DNA from: Chlamydiota bacterium
GTDB taxonomy: Bacteria; Chlamydiota; Chlamydiia; Chlamydiales; VGMA01
DNA length: 37,430 bases
NCBI GenBank assembly: GCA_016866575.1
Contig: VGMA01000003.1
Span: forward strand, 1 to 37,430
Reading direction: 5' to 3'
This document shows positions 26,023 to 34,870 of the stretch, piece by piece. Each line of letters starts with the position of its first letter. Position 1 is the stretch's first letter. Below the pieces are notes generated by a model that had not been told where the DNA came from, searched no databases, and saw only the letters and a program-made list of their open reading frames with translations. A program made the translations under genes and the position numbers.

Positions 26023-28440
26023 ATGAAAGTTGATGTCTACATGACAGATCTACCTACAAAGCATGCCAGCCACTTTTTTAATTCGTTAAAATCTATTGGA
26101 GAAAATGAAGCTCTTTCTTCTTTAGTTACTGTCTATGCGCCATGTAGGCCGCTTTGTAAAAAAGGGGAAACAGAAGAGCAGTTTTGGCAAAGACATATTG
26201 GTAACATGACTGTTCGGTATGTAGAAAGATTGCCTATACGAGAGGCGTTTTTTGAAACACCGTGCACAATAGGTGAAGCTGTTACTATTCCTTTAACTAT
26301 TCACGATCAACAAGAAATGAGAAATCTTGATGTGAACGGTGTGCAAAGTGGAAGTATTGCTTTCGATGAATCTACTGAAACAGCGAATATTTCCATAGCA
26401 GAAGAAGATAAAGTAGCGCTTGTGATGTTAGGCAGTAAGCCTCCTAAAGAAAGCGTGATCCAATATGTGAATGCATTTATTGAAAATAAGAAAAATGCTT
26501 CAGAAGAAGGCAACCAATATCTTTTTGTCTACTGTGGAGAGCCAAATAGCCAAAAAAATCAAAATGAGCTTTTACAAGACGTGTACGAGGTGATAGAGGC
26601 TCGTCGACAGGGAAATCCCGAAGCCTTCAGCCGTTTACGAGTGGTGCCTTTTACTTATCAAGATGGAAAGACTATTGCTTCATTATTTCATCGATCAGAT
26701 GAAGTTTTAACTAAATCTGGTGGTTCTACTTGCTTTGAGTTAATGCATATTGAAGAAAAAGCTAGAGAAAAGGGAAAGCAAAGGGATGTGCACATCCATG
26801 TCGAGGGGGAATATGCGCCTGAAATTTCAGTTGATGAGATGATTGAAAAAGGAGCCCCATTATGGGAAGGTGGCAATATCCGGCTACTTTTAGACAGCGG
26901 AATGCAAGTTCATATCACAACCCCTGAAACGTTTTTGCAAAAAATAGATCGTCCTCAAAGAGCGGCTAAAACAACACTTGAAAAAGCGCAAGAAGTACTT
27001 CAAGCTCCAAAAAAGATCGCTGCAAAGAAAGAAGAATTGATGAAAACAGCGCAAGTGTTTTTTGCGCAGATTGCTGAAGAAAACCCTGATGTAGTCGAAA
27101 AGATTTCAGGGATGGCAGAGCAGCTATTTTCGCTTAGTGGTGCAAAATCATCAGCTCAAGATTCAATGCCGGAAAAAAATGAGCATGAAGATCTAAAATA
27201 TGAAGAAGAGAGCTTGCCTCCAGTGTTTCGCCCTATTAGCCGTTCAATAGATTCACAAGCTACTTCATCAGAGGCAAGTAGTGTTTCTAGACAAATGGCA
27301 ATGAGGGAAGAGACGGCTTTGATTACCTCGATTCCTAAGGCTTCAAGAAACCTTGTCAAAACGAATATGCTTCCTACCATGGCTAAAGGGGGGATTTTCG
27401 AATTGCAAAAATTGCAAAATGCTAAAGAAATTGCACAAATTGACGCTGATATCAGTCCGCTTGCACTGCTTGGGGTCATTATTACTGAAAAAGGCTCAAT
27501 AGAAAATTTTAAAACTATTCATGACAGAGTTGTTTTTGGGAACAATTTGTTTAATGCTATGGTAAATAAATCAGATGAAAAGCGTAAGAAAATGCCAAAA
27601 GATCAGTGGGACAAAGAAGCCAAGCAATTAGCTCTTCTATGTGGACTCGATGAAGGGGCCTTTTTACAAAAAACGACAAAAGAAGTGGCTGAAATTGTGT
27701 ACAGGCGAGCTGATGAATTCCATATTTCTATCAATAGAGCGCTATCAGGCGGCAGCGTGGCATCTTCTACAACATCTGGGCTTTCTTCTTTGACAACATC
27801 AAAAGCTTCTTCAGCTGCAAGAAGAGTGATAACGCGAAACGAGATGGAGGATTTGCTCTCTATAGGAGATATGTCAGAGGGGATAAGAAGTCCTTATGGA
27901 CAAAAACTTTCACCCATGACTGATGATATCAGCTTGACAACCGGGTCTTTATCTTCTGCGTCTTCTGCTAATCTCAATGGCACTTTATTAGAAGATCAGG
28001 TTGTAGATTCTTTACTCACGGTATTAGCTATTGGAGAGAGCTCTCAGCTTGTTGCTTTAAAACAAGATCGAATTCAAGGTGTTTCTATTCATGAGAGATG
28101 GAAGCAAATGAATCCGTTTGTCTTTTTTAGCCTAGCGTTATCAAACACAACGCGCGTAAATCTTCTTCAAAAGATGGCAGCTAGAAAATCTCCATCTATG
28201 CTTATACGCTATACAAGTTCTGGTTCAATTATGAATAAACTTGTAAAAGTGGTAGAGCAGCATAGAGATCTTATGGGATCAGAAGAATGGAATAGACAGT
28301 TGGATAGATTTGCAAGATTTCATGGAATCGACCCAAATATGCTTAAACAGAGTGATAATACTAAAGATTTTGTGAATATCTTGATCACCAATGCTAAGTT
28401 TATTCATGAGCAAAGAGCTTTAAGGGCAAGAGCTAGGTAA
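26023..28440 (+). CDS. Remainder of the GT28-like glycosyltransferase, fused to two duplicated helical domains
   Basis: YMTDLP, VMLGS, FVYCG, VLTKSGGSTCFEL and WEGGN match GT-B donor-domain motifs. C-terminal repeats are separated by Ser-rich linkers. Confidence 0.7.
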   Translation: MKVDVYMTDLPTKHASHFFNSLKSIGENEALSSLVTVYAPCRPLCKKGETEEQFWQRHIGNMTVRYVERLPIREAFFETPCTIGEAVTIPLTIHDQQEMRNLDVNGVQSGSIAFDESTETANISIAEEDKVALVMLGSKPPKESVIQYVNAFIENKKNASEEGNQYLFVYCGEPNSQKNQNELLQDVYEVIEARRQGNPEAFSRLRVVPFTYQDGKTIASLFHRSDEVLTKSGGSTCFELMHIEEKAREKGKQRDVHIHVEGEYAPEISVDEMIEKGAPLWEGGNIRLLLDSGMQVHITTPETFLQKIDRPQRAAKTTLEKAQEVLQAPKKIAAKKEELMKTAQVFFAQIAEENPDVVEKISGMAEQLFSLSGAKSSAQDSMPEKNEHEDLKYEEESLPPVFRPISRSIDSQATSSEASSVSRQMAMREETALITSIPKASRNLVKTNMLPTMAKGGIFELQKLQNAKEIAQIDADISPLALLGVIITEKGSIENFKTIHDRVVFGNNLFNAMVNKSDEKRKKMPKDQWDKEAKQLALLCGLDEGAFLQKTTKEVAEIVYRRADEFHISINRALSGGSVASSTTSGLSSLTTSKASSAARRVITRNEMEDLLSIGDMSEGIRSPYGQKLSPMTDDISLTTGSLSSASSANLNGTLLEDQVVDSLLTVLAIGESSQLVALKQDRIQGVSIHERWKQMNPFVFFSLALSNTTRVNLLQKMAARKSPSMLIRYTSSGSIMNKLVKVVEQHRDLMGSEEWNRQLDRFARFHGIDPNMLKQSDNTKDFVNILITNAKFIHEQRALRARAR

Positions 28441-28548
28441 ATCTTTATTTGGCAAGCCCTTTAGAAGAAAAACTGAAGGGCTTAGCTTAAGATAAACGCT
28501 TTAAGAGGGGCTTGCTTGTAAAGTGTCTGTTTGGTAATATGCTTTTCT

Positions 28549-29502
28549 ATGGACTACGCTGTAATTGCATATTATCATTTTTTTCATGTTGAAGACCCGC
28601 ATGCAGAAGCAAAAAGCCATAAGGCTTTTCTTGCATCTCTTGAAGGCAAAGGACGTATTTATTTTGCCGAAGAGGGAGTGAATGCGCAATTAGCTTTGCA
28701 CAAAAAGCATCTCAACGCCTACTACCAATATCTACAAAATGATTCTCGCTACGAAGGGGTCGATATCAAGATCCAATGGTTTGATGAGCCTCCTTTTGCA
28801 AAATTGACGGTCAAAGGGAAAAAACAGCTTGTAGCACTTGATCGAAAAGTGGATCTTTCCAATAGAGGCGAATACATGACGCCGACAGAGTGGAAAGAGC
28901 AGCTTGAAAGCAAAGATGCAAACACTGTAGTTATTGATGTACGCAATAACTATGAATCTGCGATTGGCCATTTTAGCGGAGCAATCAAGCCTGATGTAGC
29001 AACGTTTAGAGAATTCAATCAATGGCTTGAAGATTTCAAAAAAGAACACGATCCAAAGACTACCAAGTTGATGACCTACTGCACAGGTGGAATTCGCTGT
29101 GAAATTTTCTCTCCGCTTCTTAAGGAAGCAGGATATGAGCATGTCTACCAACTCAAGGGTGGAGTGATTCGCTACGGTGAAGAAAAAGGTGATACCCATT
29201 GGGAAGGAAAATTGTTTGTCTTTGATGACAGGCTAGTCATACCTTTAGACACAATGAAGGAAAACACCATTGGCTCTTGCCATTTTTGCTCAAAAGCAGC
29301 TGATACTTACTACAACTGTGCGAATATGGATTGCAACGCGCTTTTCGTAGCGTGTAGCGATTGCATATCAAATACCTCAGGATGCTGCGGCACGCATTGT
29401 CAGCATACAGGCAGAGTGCGAGCTTTTGACTCCACAACGCGTGTTAAGCCTTTTCGCAAACTAGCTCATGATGAAAAATTAGCTTTGTCTTCCGGAAAAT
29501 AA
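28549..29502 (+). CDS. trhO: Rhodanese-domain tRNA uridine(34) hydroxylase TrhO (YceA/UPF0176)
   Basis: Motifs GRIYFAEEGVN, DVRNNYE..IGHF, YCTGGIRCE, QLKGG, GKLFVFDDR and NCAN. Likely start ATG 28549. Confidence 0.93.
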   Translation: MDYAVIAYYHFFHVEDPHAEAKSHKAFLASLEGKGRIYFAEEGVNAQLALHKKHLNAYYQYLQNDSRYEGVDIKIQWFDEPPFAKLTVKGKKQLVALDRKVDLSNRGEYMTPTEWKEQLESKDANTVVIDVRNNYESAIGHFSGAIKPDVATFREFNQWLEDFKKEHDPKTTKLMTYCTGGIRCEIFSPLLKEAGYEHVYQLKGGVIRYGEEKGDTHWEGKLFVFDDRLVIPLDTMKENTIGSCHFCSKAADTYYNCANMDCNALFVACSDCISNTSGCCGTHCQHTGRVRAFDSTTRVKPFRKLAHDEKLALSSGK

Positions 29503-30168
29503 CTCTTCAGCGATTTTGCTTACCAAACCAGATAAAGGAATTTCTTGCATTTGGGAAAACTGTGTTGCGTGGGTTAAAATTGCAAGAACTTGTAAATCTT
29601 CATACTCTATTTTTTCAGCAGTAGCTAGGGCACACTCCTTGCAGCAAAGTCTTTTTTCAAAAAAACGTTCAGGGATATTTTTATGGCACATTTCACACTC
29701 ATCAAAAACTGGAAGAAGGCCTTCGTAGCGAAGTAGCTTGAGGTAAAAGCTCGCTAAAAGGGTTTCGGGATAAGGGAACTGTTTGAGTGCTTGAAGGTAG
29801 GCTGCAAGTAAATCAAAGAGTTTTTTTTGAGGCCTTCCTGGAAGCTGCGTTAATAAAATGGCATTAGCCATTTTGCCTGCAGCTTGCAAAGACGCTAGAT
29901 TTTCTCTTAAGTGCAAATAAGGATCTTCAATTTTTCCTTCTATCAGCTTGCATAGATCAGATTTGGTTTTTGAAAGGACAAATTCTGCTTTGATCAAAAG
30001 TGAGGTAAGGATTTTTTTGGTTTGATCTTTTGCATCAATTTTTTTTGCTACAAATGAGGCAATCCCCATCTCGCGAGTAAACAAGGTGACTATGCGCTGA
30101 TCATCTTCTTTTAGTAAGATTGTGCGTAAAGTAATTCCAGAGGTTGCGATAAAACTCTGTTTTGTCAT
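29479..30168 (-). CDS. recO: DNA repair protein RecO
   Basis: GITLR...EDDQRIVTLFTREMG OB fold, FYLKLL..EG, and a C-x2-C / C-x2-C zinc finger. Confidence 0.88.
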   Translation of the reverse strand: MTKQSFIATSGITLRTILLKEDDQRIVTLFTREMGIASFVAKKIDAKDQTKKILTSLLIKAEFVLSKTKSDLCKLIEGKIEDPYLHLRENLASLQAAGKMANAILLTQLPGRPQKKLFDLLAAYLQALKQFPYPETLLASFYLKLLRYEGLLPVFDECEMCHKNIPERFFEKRLCCKECALATAEKIEYEDLQVLAILTHATQFSQMQEIPLSGLVSKIAEELFSGRQS

Positions 30169-30185
30169 ATGCTATATTCTCTTCT

Positions 30186-30259
30186 GCACCGATAGCTCAA
30201 TCGGATAGAGTACCTGGCTTCGAACCAGGTGGTTAGAGGTTCGAGTCCTCTTCGGTGCA
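30186..30259 (+). tRNA. tRNA-Arg(TCG)
   Basis: Acceptor GCACCGA/TCGGTGC, anticodon arm CCTGG-CTTCGAA-CCAGG, T arm AGAGG-TTCGAGT-CCTCT. CCA not encoded. Confidence 0.97.
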
Positions 30260-30270
30260 TTATATAAATG

Positions 30271-30300
30271 GCTTTGCCTTCGGGCAAAGCGTTTTTGTTT
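30271..30300 (+). terminator. Rho-independent terminator of the tRNA
   Basis: gctttgcc-ttcg-ggcaaagc (8-bp stem, C(UUCG)G tetraloop) followed by gtttttgttt. Confidence 0.85.
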
Positions 30301-30391
30301 AGGTTAATGATGCTTGGGGGGTAATAAGCTACCGTCAAGTGATCCTATAAATGTCTTAAACATATATCATCGCTTAGATTCAATACTACTT

Positions 30392-31408
30392 ATGATACAT
30401 ATTTACGGAAAAAATAAGGAATCTTTTTGCAAAGAGCTCACTAAGGATTTAGGGAAAGGGGAGATCTACGCTAAAAAACTTTATCAAGCATGGATGAACC
30501 AAGGAAGGCTTTTGGCAGAAGAGGAAGTAGAGCCCCAAGCTAGAAAACTTTTAAAAGAGCTCATTTCCCGTACAGATTTTTCTTTGCCGGTAGTAGAAAT
30601 GCCGATGAATCAAGATCAGACCTATAAATACCTTTTGCGCCTACACGATCAGCTGGCTGTAGAATTTGTGGTTATCCCCATGCAAGCGGGGGCTACTTTA
30701 TGTATCTCATCTCAAGTAGGCTGTCTTAAAGGGTGCCGTTTTTGTTCTACAGGAACAATGGGTCTTATCAGAAATTTAGAAACTTACGAAATTGTAGCGC
30801 AGGTCTACCACGCGATCCATACTCTAAAAAATAAAATACGCAATATTGTCTTCATGGGAATGGGAGAGCCTTTTGATAATTTTGATAACGTCATGCAGGC
30901 GATTTCTATTTTAACAGATCCCCATGGCTTAGCTCTTGGTAAAAGGCATATTAGTGTGTCTACGAGCGGAGTTGTGGATAAAATCTACCGATTTGCAGAT
31001 GAAGCAGATGAAGCAATCAATTTGGCGGTTTCTGTGAATGCCCCAAATGATGAGATTCGCACAAAAATCATGCCTGTTAATCGCAAGTGGAACATGGCGA
31101 GTTTAAAAGAGGCCATGCAGTATTATTTAAAATCGCCTAAAAGGGAAATTTTGGCAGAGTATGTTCTTTTAGCCGGAGTAAATGATCAAGATGAGCATGC
31201 GCATTTGCTTTGTGATTACTTGGAAAATTTGCGTGTGAAAATCAATGTAATCCCTTACAATTCAGGTGTTAACTCTAGGTTTACAACAAGCTCTCAAGAG
31301 AGAATCGACCGATTTATGCAAATACTGCGCAGTCGAAATTTTTGCACCTTGTTGAGACAAACAAAAGGGGAAAAAATTATGGCAGCCTGCGGACAGCTTG
31401 TTAAGTAG
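30392..31408 (+). CDS. rlmN: 23S rRNA (adenine 2503-C2)-methyltransferase / radical SAM RlmN
   Basis: CISSQVGC-x3-C-x2-C-x-TG, MGMGEP, VSTSG and AACGQL. Start uncertain (ATG 30392 preferred over TTG 30314). Confidence 0.92.
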   Translation: MIHIYGKNKESFCKELTKDLGKGEIYAKKLYQAWMNQGRLLAEEEVEPQARKLLKELISRTDFSLPVVEMPMNQDQTYKYLLRLHDQLAVEFVVIPMQAGATLCISSQVGCLKGCRFCSTGTMGLIRNLETYEIVAQVYHAIHTLKNKIRNIVFMGMGEPFDNFDNVMQAISILTDPHGLALGKRHISVSTSGVVDKIYRFADEADEAINLAVSVNAPNDEIRTKIMPVNRKWNMASLKEAMQYYLKSPKREILAEYVLLAGVNDQDEHAHLLCDYLENLRVKINVIPYNSGVNSRFTTSSQERIDRFMQILRSRNFCTLLRQTKGEKIMAACGQLVK

Positions 31409-31724
31409 CCGTGTTCTTTTTTGTTGATCTGATTTTAATAAAATTAAGTGCTTCAATTTCAATTTGTTGCCTAGATTAATTCTTGTGAGTTATTTGATTT
31501 GGAAAGCTTTAGTCAAAAAACGAACTTTTGGGCAAAGAAGGGATCGATATTCTCTGATTTTTGGGGGGTAGGCAAAGGGAGTTTTAAGCTTTTCTTTAAG
31601 ATATCTTATTAAAAATGAAATCATAATCTACTAATGTTTAGCGATTTATTATTAAAGAAGATTTTAATAGATGTGAAATTTATAATTAGCTAATGTAAAT
31701 CGGTAAGACAACCAGAGGTAGGTT

Positions 31725-32360
31725 ATGGCACAGAGAGCGAATCATTTTGAAGAGAATTCCGAAAATCCTTTGAAAGTAACTGTCGTGGGGAGAAATTTAC
31801 CTGTGACTGATGCACTCAAGCAGCACATCATGGATAAGATGGCTCGGATTGAAGAAATCACTCCGCAAGTAATCGATGCAATTGTATATCTAGAAGTGCA
31901 AAAAACAGAACAACGGGTAGAAATCCTTTACAAGTTTTCCCATTTTAAGGTGGTTGCAAAAGCGACATCTCATGATATGTATGAAGCTTTTCACATGGCT
32001 TTAGGACATTTGCGTCGAAAATTGCGTAAATGGAAAACTAAAATACAAAACCATCACGCCAAAAAGCTCTCTCAGGTGGAATTATCTGTGCAGGTGCTTG
32101 ATAAAAGCAAAGATGAGCTCAACGATATCAACGATCAGATCGTAGATGAGAACTTTTTGCACATAGAAAAAGAATTTGAGCTGCCTAAAGTAGTAAAGAA
32201 GAAAAAGCGTCCTTTAAAAACGTTAACTATGGAAGAAGCGGTCATGAAAATGGATCTTACAGACGATCATTTCATGGTTTATCGTTCTGAAGAGGATCAA
32301 AAAATCAAAGTGATATATGTCAGACGCGATAAAACACTTGGCGTCATCGAAGTTGAATAG
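31725..32360 (+). CDS. hpf: Ribosome hibernation promoting factor, long form (RaiA/HPF)
   Basis: GRNLPVTDALKQHI and DMYEA...LRKWKTK. C-terminal S30AE-like EEAVMKMDL...FMVY...VIYVRRD. GAGGT RBS. Confidence 0.92.
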   Translation: MAQRANHFEENSENPLKVTVVGRNLPVTDALKQHIMDKMARIEEITPQVIDAIVYLEVQKTEQRVEILYKFSHFKVVAKATSHDMYEAFHMALGHLRRKLRKWKTKIQNHHAKKLSQVELSVQVLDKSKDELNDINDQIVDENFLHIEKEFELPKVVKKKKRPLKTLTMEEAVMKMDLTDDHFMVYRSEEDQKIKVIYVRRDKTLGVIEVE

Positions 32361-32769
32361 ACCAGAAGAAGTCGTTCGGCAAGAACTTCTTCATAAATTG
32401 CTAGCGCTGGGTTACCCTAAAAGCCTTCTTTTAGTGGAAAAAGAGCTCAGCGCTTTACCTCATATACAAGAAAAGGCCCCTAACAGACGATTAGACATTG
32501 TTTGTTTAGCAAAAGGGTTAATGTTGGAGCATCCGTTTTATCCTCTTCTTTTAATCGAGTGCAAAGCGCATCAAATCGATCGCAAAACGATTTCTCAAGT
32601 GATAGGATATAACCGATTCGTTCGCTCTATTTTTATTGGTGTTGCAAGTCGATCAGAGTTTTACTTAGGGCGTTATGACCATAGATTAAAAGAGTATACA
32701 TTTTCTTCATCACTACCCACATATCAAGAACTTTTTGAGGAAGCACTGTGCTCTATTACGAACACTTAG
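32317..32769 (+). CDS. Stand-alone type I restriction HsdR N-terminal-like PD-(D/E)XK protein
   Basis: PEEVVRQ, LGYP, VEK, RRLDIV, LLIECKA and QVIGY. Confidence 0.8.
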   Translation: MSDAIKHLASSKLNRPEEVVRQELLHKLLALGYPKSLLLVEKELSALPHIQEKAPNRRLDIVCLAKGLMLEHPFYPLLLIECKAHQIDRKTISQVIGYNRFVRSIFIGVASRSEFYLGRYDHRLKEYTFSSSLPTYQELFEEALCSITNT

Positions 32770-34283
32770 ACTTAGTAAGAGAAAAAAATCCGGTGTTGGG
32801 ATTTCTTTTGCGAAATCCTGAAAAGCTGCAGTCAAAAAAAGAGCAAAGATTTCCTCAGTTCGAAAAAGCTGAAGTTTACTTTCTTTACAATGTGCAAGAT
32901 CCCGAGATTTTTTTAGAGCTTTTAGAGCAAAATGTTCCTATCTGTCTTATTTATGCAGATGTAAAAATAGCTTCGTTATTTCTTCATGAGAGATACGCTA
33001 AAGAGTTTTTAAGCCATCCCAAAGTAGCAATCCATTTACTCAGTGATCAAGAAGAAGAATATATACAGATAGCTTGGCGCTATATTTTCATGAAAAAAAG
33101 GCATGTCAATCAAGAACATGATGCAAACTCTGTTAAAGAGCGTCTAGAAAATACCTTTTTTTCTGTAGAACTTGTTGTTTCAGATTATAGAAATCTAGGT
33201 GTGGATATTCTTTCTAATGTGTACAGCAATCTGATGCGGAGCCAAGAAATCTTTTTGGTAGATGAAAAAAGTGTGGATTTATCGAAAGTGCCGGTCTTGA
33301 TTTGCGGAGCTGGACCCAGTTTAGTCAAAAATTTAGATCTTTTATATGCTTTACAAGAAAAAATGGTGATTGTTGGGTGTGGATCTGCAATCGAAATGCT
33401 GATCAACAAAGGCATCTATCCCCATTTAGCAGTTTTTATTGATCCAGATCCACCTCTAGAAAAATTGCAAAAGTTGGATCGTTTTAGTATGCCGCTTTTA
33501 TATCAAAATCGGGTTTCAAAAGATGTATTTCGTCTTCATCAAGGCAAAAAAATCTGGATGGGGAGCGCAGAAGGATATCCTAGTGAAATGTGGTTATTAG
33601 AAAATCTAGGTGTTGAGAGATTCTTTTTTGATGCGGGATGGAACGTAGCTAATTTTGCCCTCTTCAGTTTATATCATATGAATGCTCGGCAAATGTATTT
33701 AATAGGTGTAGATAGTGCTTATCAGCAAGAAAGCGTTAAACACGATGAATGGAAAATGGAAAATCAGCAAGGAAAGTCTATTGTCACGAGAAAAGATCTT
33801 TTTCTTGGGGCAAAGTGGATTTCTGATTTTGCAAAACAGCATCCTGATTTGGAGCTAATAAACTTAAGTTCTGAGGGTTTGGCAATGGAAGCTGTTTTGA
33901 CTATGTCTTTAGATTTAGTTAAGACAAAGATAAAAGATATTCAGCCAGAAAAGATCGTAGAAGAGCTCTTCATCAACATGAAAAAAATCCAGATCGATCC
34001 TTCTTTGCTTAAAATATTATTAGATCGATTAAAACTGAGCTTTTTGACTTCAAAAGCGCTCATTGAAGAGTGTCTAAAAGTGAGATCATCATTTAGTTAC
34101 GCTCTGTTTGAAGCAGATATTGAAAATGAGATTGCTTATCAGTTTGTATTAGCACCTCTTTGGCAGATTTGGAAGCCTATTTTGCTTAAGCATGAAAAGC
34201 AAGATGAAGATTTGCAAAAAGTGTTATTTTTTCAGCTTGTTGCAGGTAAGCATTTACAATTAATAAATGAGGTTTATGCGTAG
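32748..34283 (+). CDS. Maf-type (DUF115/MptE-like) putative glycosyltransferase, paralog 1
   Basis: VLICGAGPSL, GSA..L...GI.P.L...IDP, NVA and LIGVDSAY. GTG start with GAGG RBS. Confidence 0.8.
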   Translation: MLYYEHLDLVREKNPVLGFLLRNPEKLQSKKEQRFPQFEKAEVYFLYNVQDPEIFLELLEQNVPICLIYADVKIASLFLHERYAKEFLSHPKVAIHLLSDQEEEYIQIAWRYIFMKKRHVNQEHDANSVKERLENTFFSVELVVSDYRNLGVDILSNVYSNLMRSQEIFLVDEKSVDLSKVPVLICGAGPSLVKNLDLLYALQEKMVIVGCGSAIEMLINKGIYPHLAVFIDPDPPLEKLQKLDRFSMPLLYQNRVSKDVFRLHQGKKIWMGSAEGYPSEMWLLENLGVERFFFDAGWNVANFALFSLYHMNARQMYLIGVDSAYQQESVKHDEWKMENQQGKSIVTRKDLFLGAKWISDFAKQHPDLELINLSSEGLAMEAVLTMSLDLVKTKIKDIQPEKIVEELFINMKKIQIDPSLLKILLDRLKLSFLTSKALIEECLKVRSSFSYALFEADIENEIAYQFVLAPLWQIWKPILLKHEKQDEDLQKVLFFQLVAGKHLQLINEVYA

Positions 34284-34870
34284 TGGCTGACATAGAGTGT
34301 TTTTATTTTGAAAATGGGTCAATAGCTTCAGAACTTAAGTATGAAAATGGCAAGCTGCATGGCAAAAGTGTTTTTTATCACCTCAATGGATCGATTGCTG
34401 CAGAAAAGCATTTTCTTTTTGGTCAAAGAGAGGGTGAGAGCCGCTATTTTTATGAAAATGGATCGTTAAAGCTCAGTGAAAGCTATCAAGATGGCCGTTT
34501 AGAAAATGTTGTTAGGTATTTTTCTGAAGAAGGTGTTTTATTGAGAGAAACCCACTATAAAAATGGATGTAAAGAGGGTGAAGATTCTATTTTTGATAGG
34601 TCAGGCAGGTTAAAAGAGATAGGATCATTCAAGGAAAATCATCCGATTGGGTTGCATCAGCTTTTCTTTGAAGATGGCTCGATCCAAGAAAAGATCTTTT
34701 ATCACGACAAAGATCATTTCGATAAATGGGTGTTTAATTTGGAGCAAGAATTGATCTATGAGGGTTTCTATGATCAAAACATGGTCTATCGAGAAACAAA
34801 AATCGATCATCAAGGCAAAATCATCAAAAGAGTAGGACGATGGATCAACAAGCAACTAGTTTGGGAGTAA
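34283..34870 (+). CDS. MORN-variant repeat protein (YwqK-like)
   Basis: About 24-aa repeats Y-x-E-N-G-x-L...Y-x-x-G-x-x-x-G (YFENGS, YHLNGS, FYENGS, FSEEGV, FDRSGR, FFEDGS). GTG start overlaps the upstream TAG. Confidence 0.88.
   Translation: MADIECFYFENGSIASELKYENGKLHGKSVFYHLNGSIAAEKHFLFGQREGESRYFYENGSLKLSESYQDGRLENVVRYFSEEGVLLRETHYKNGCKEGEDSIFDRSGRLKEIGSFKENHPIGLHQLFFEDGSIQEKIFYHDKDHFDKWVFNLEQELIYEGFYDQNMVYRETKIDHQGKIIKRVGRWINKQLVWE

Noticed and set aside
28454-28483. Terminator after the glycosyltransferase gene (aagccctt...aagggctt)
   Set aside because: The 8-bp stem has a 14-nt loop and no U-tract; too weak to call.
32317-32769. Type I restriction-modification system
   Set aside because: No helicase motifs, hsdM or hsdS. 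The ORF is a lone 150-aa domain.
34283-34870. Toxin-antitoxin module (YwqK antitoxin label)
   Set aside because: Only generic MORN-variant repeats are visible, and no adjacent toxin domain is present.
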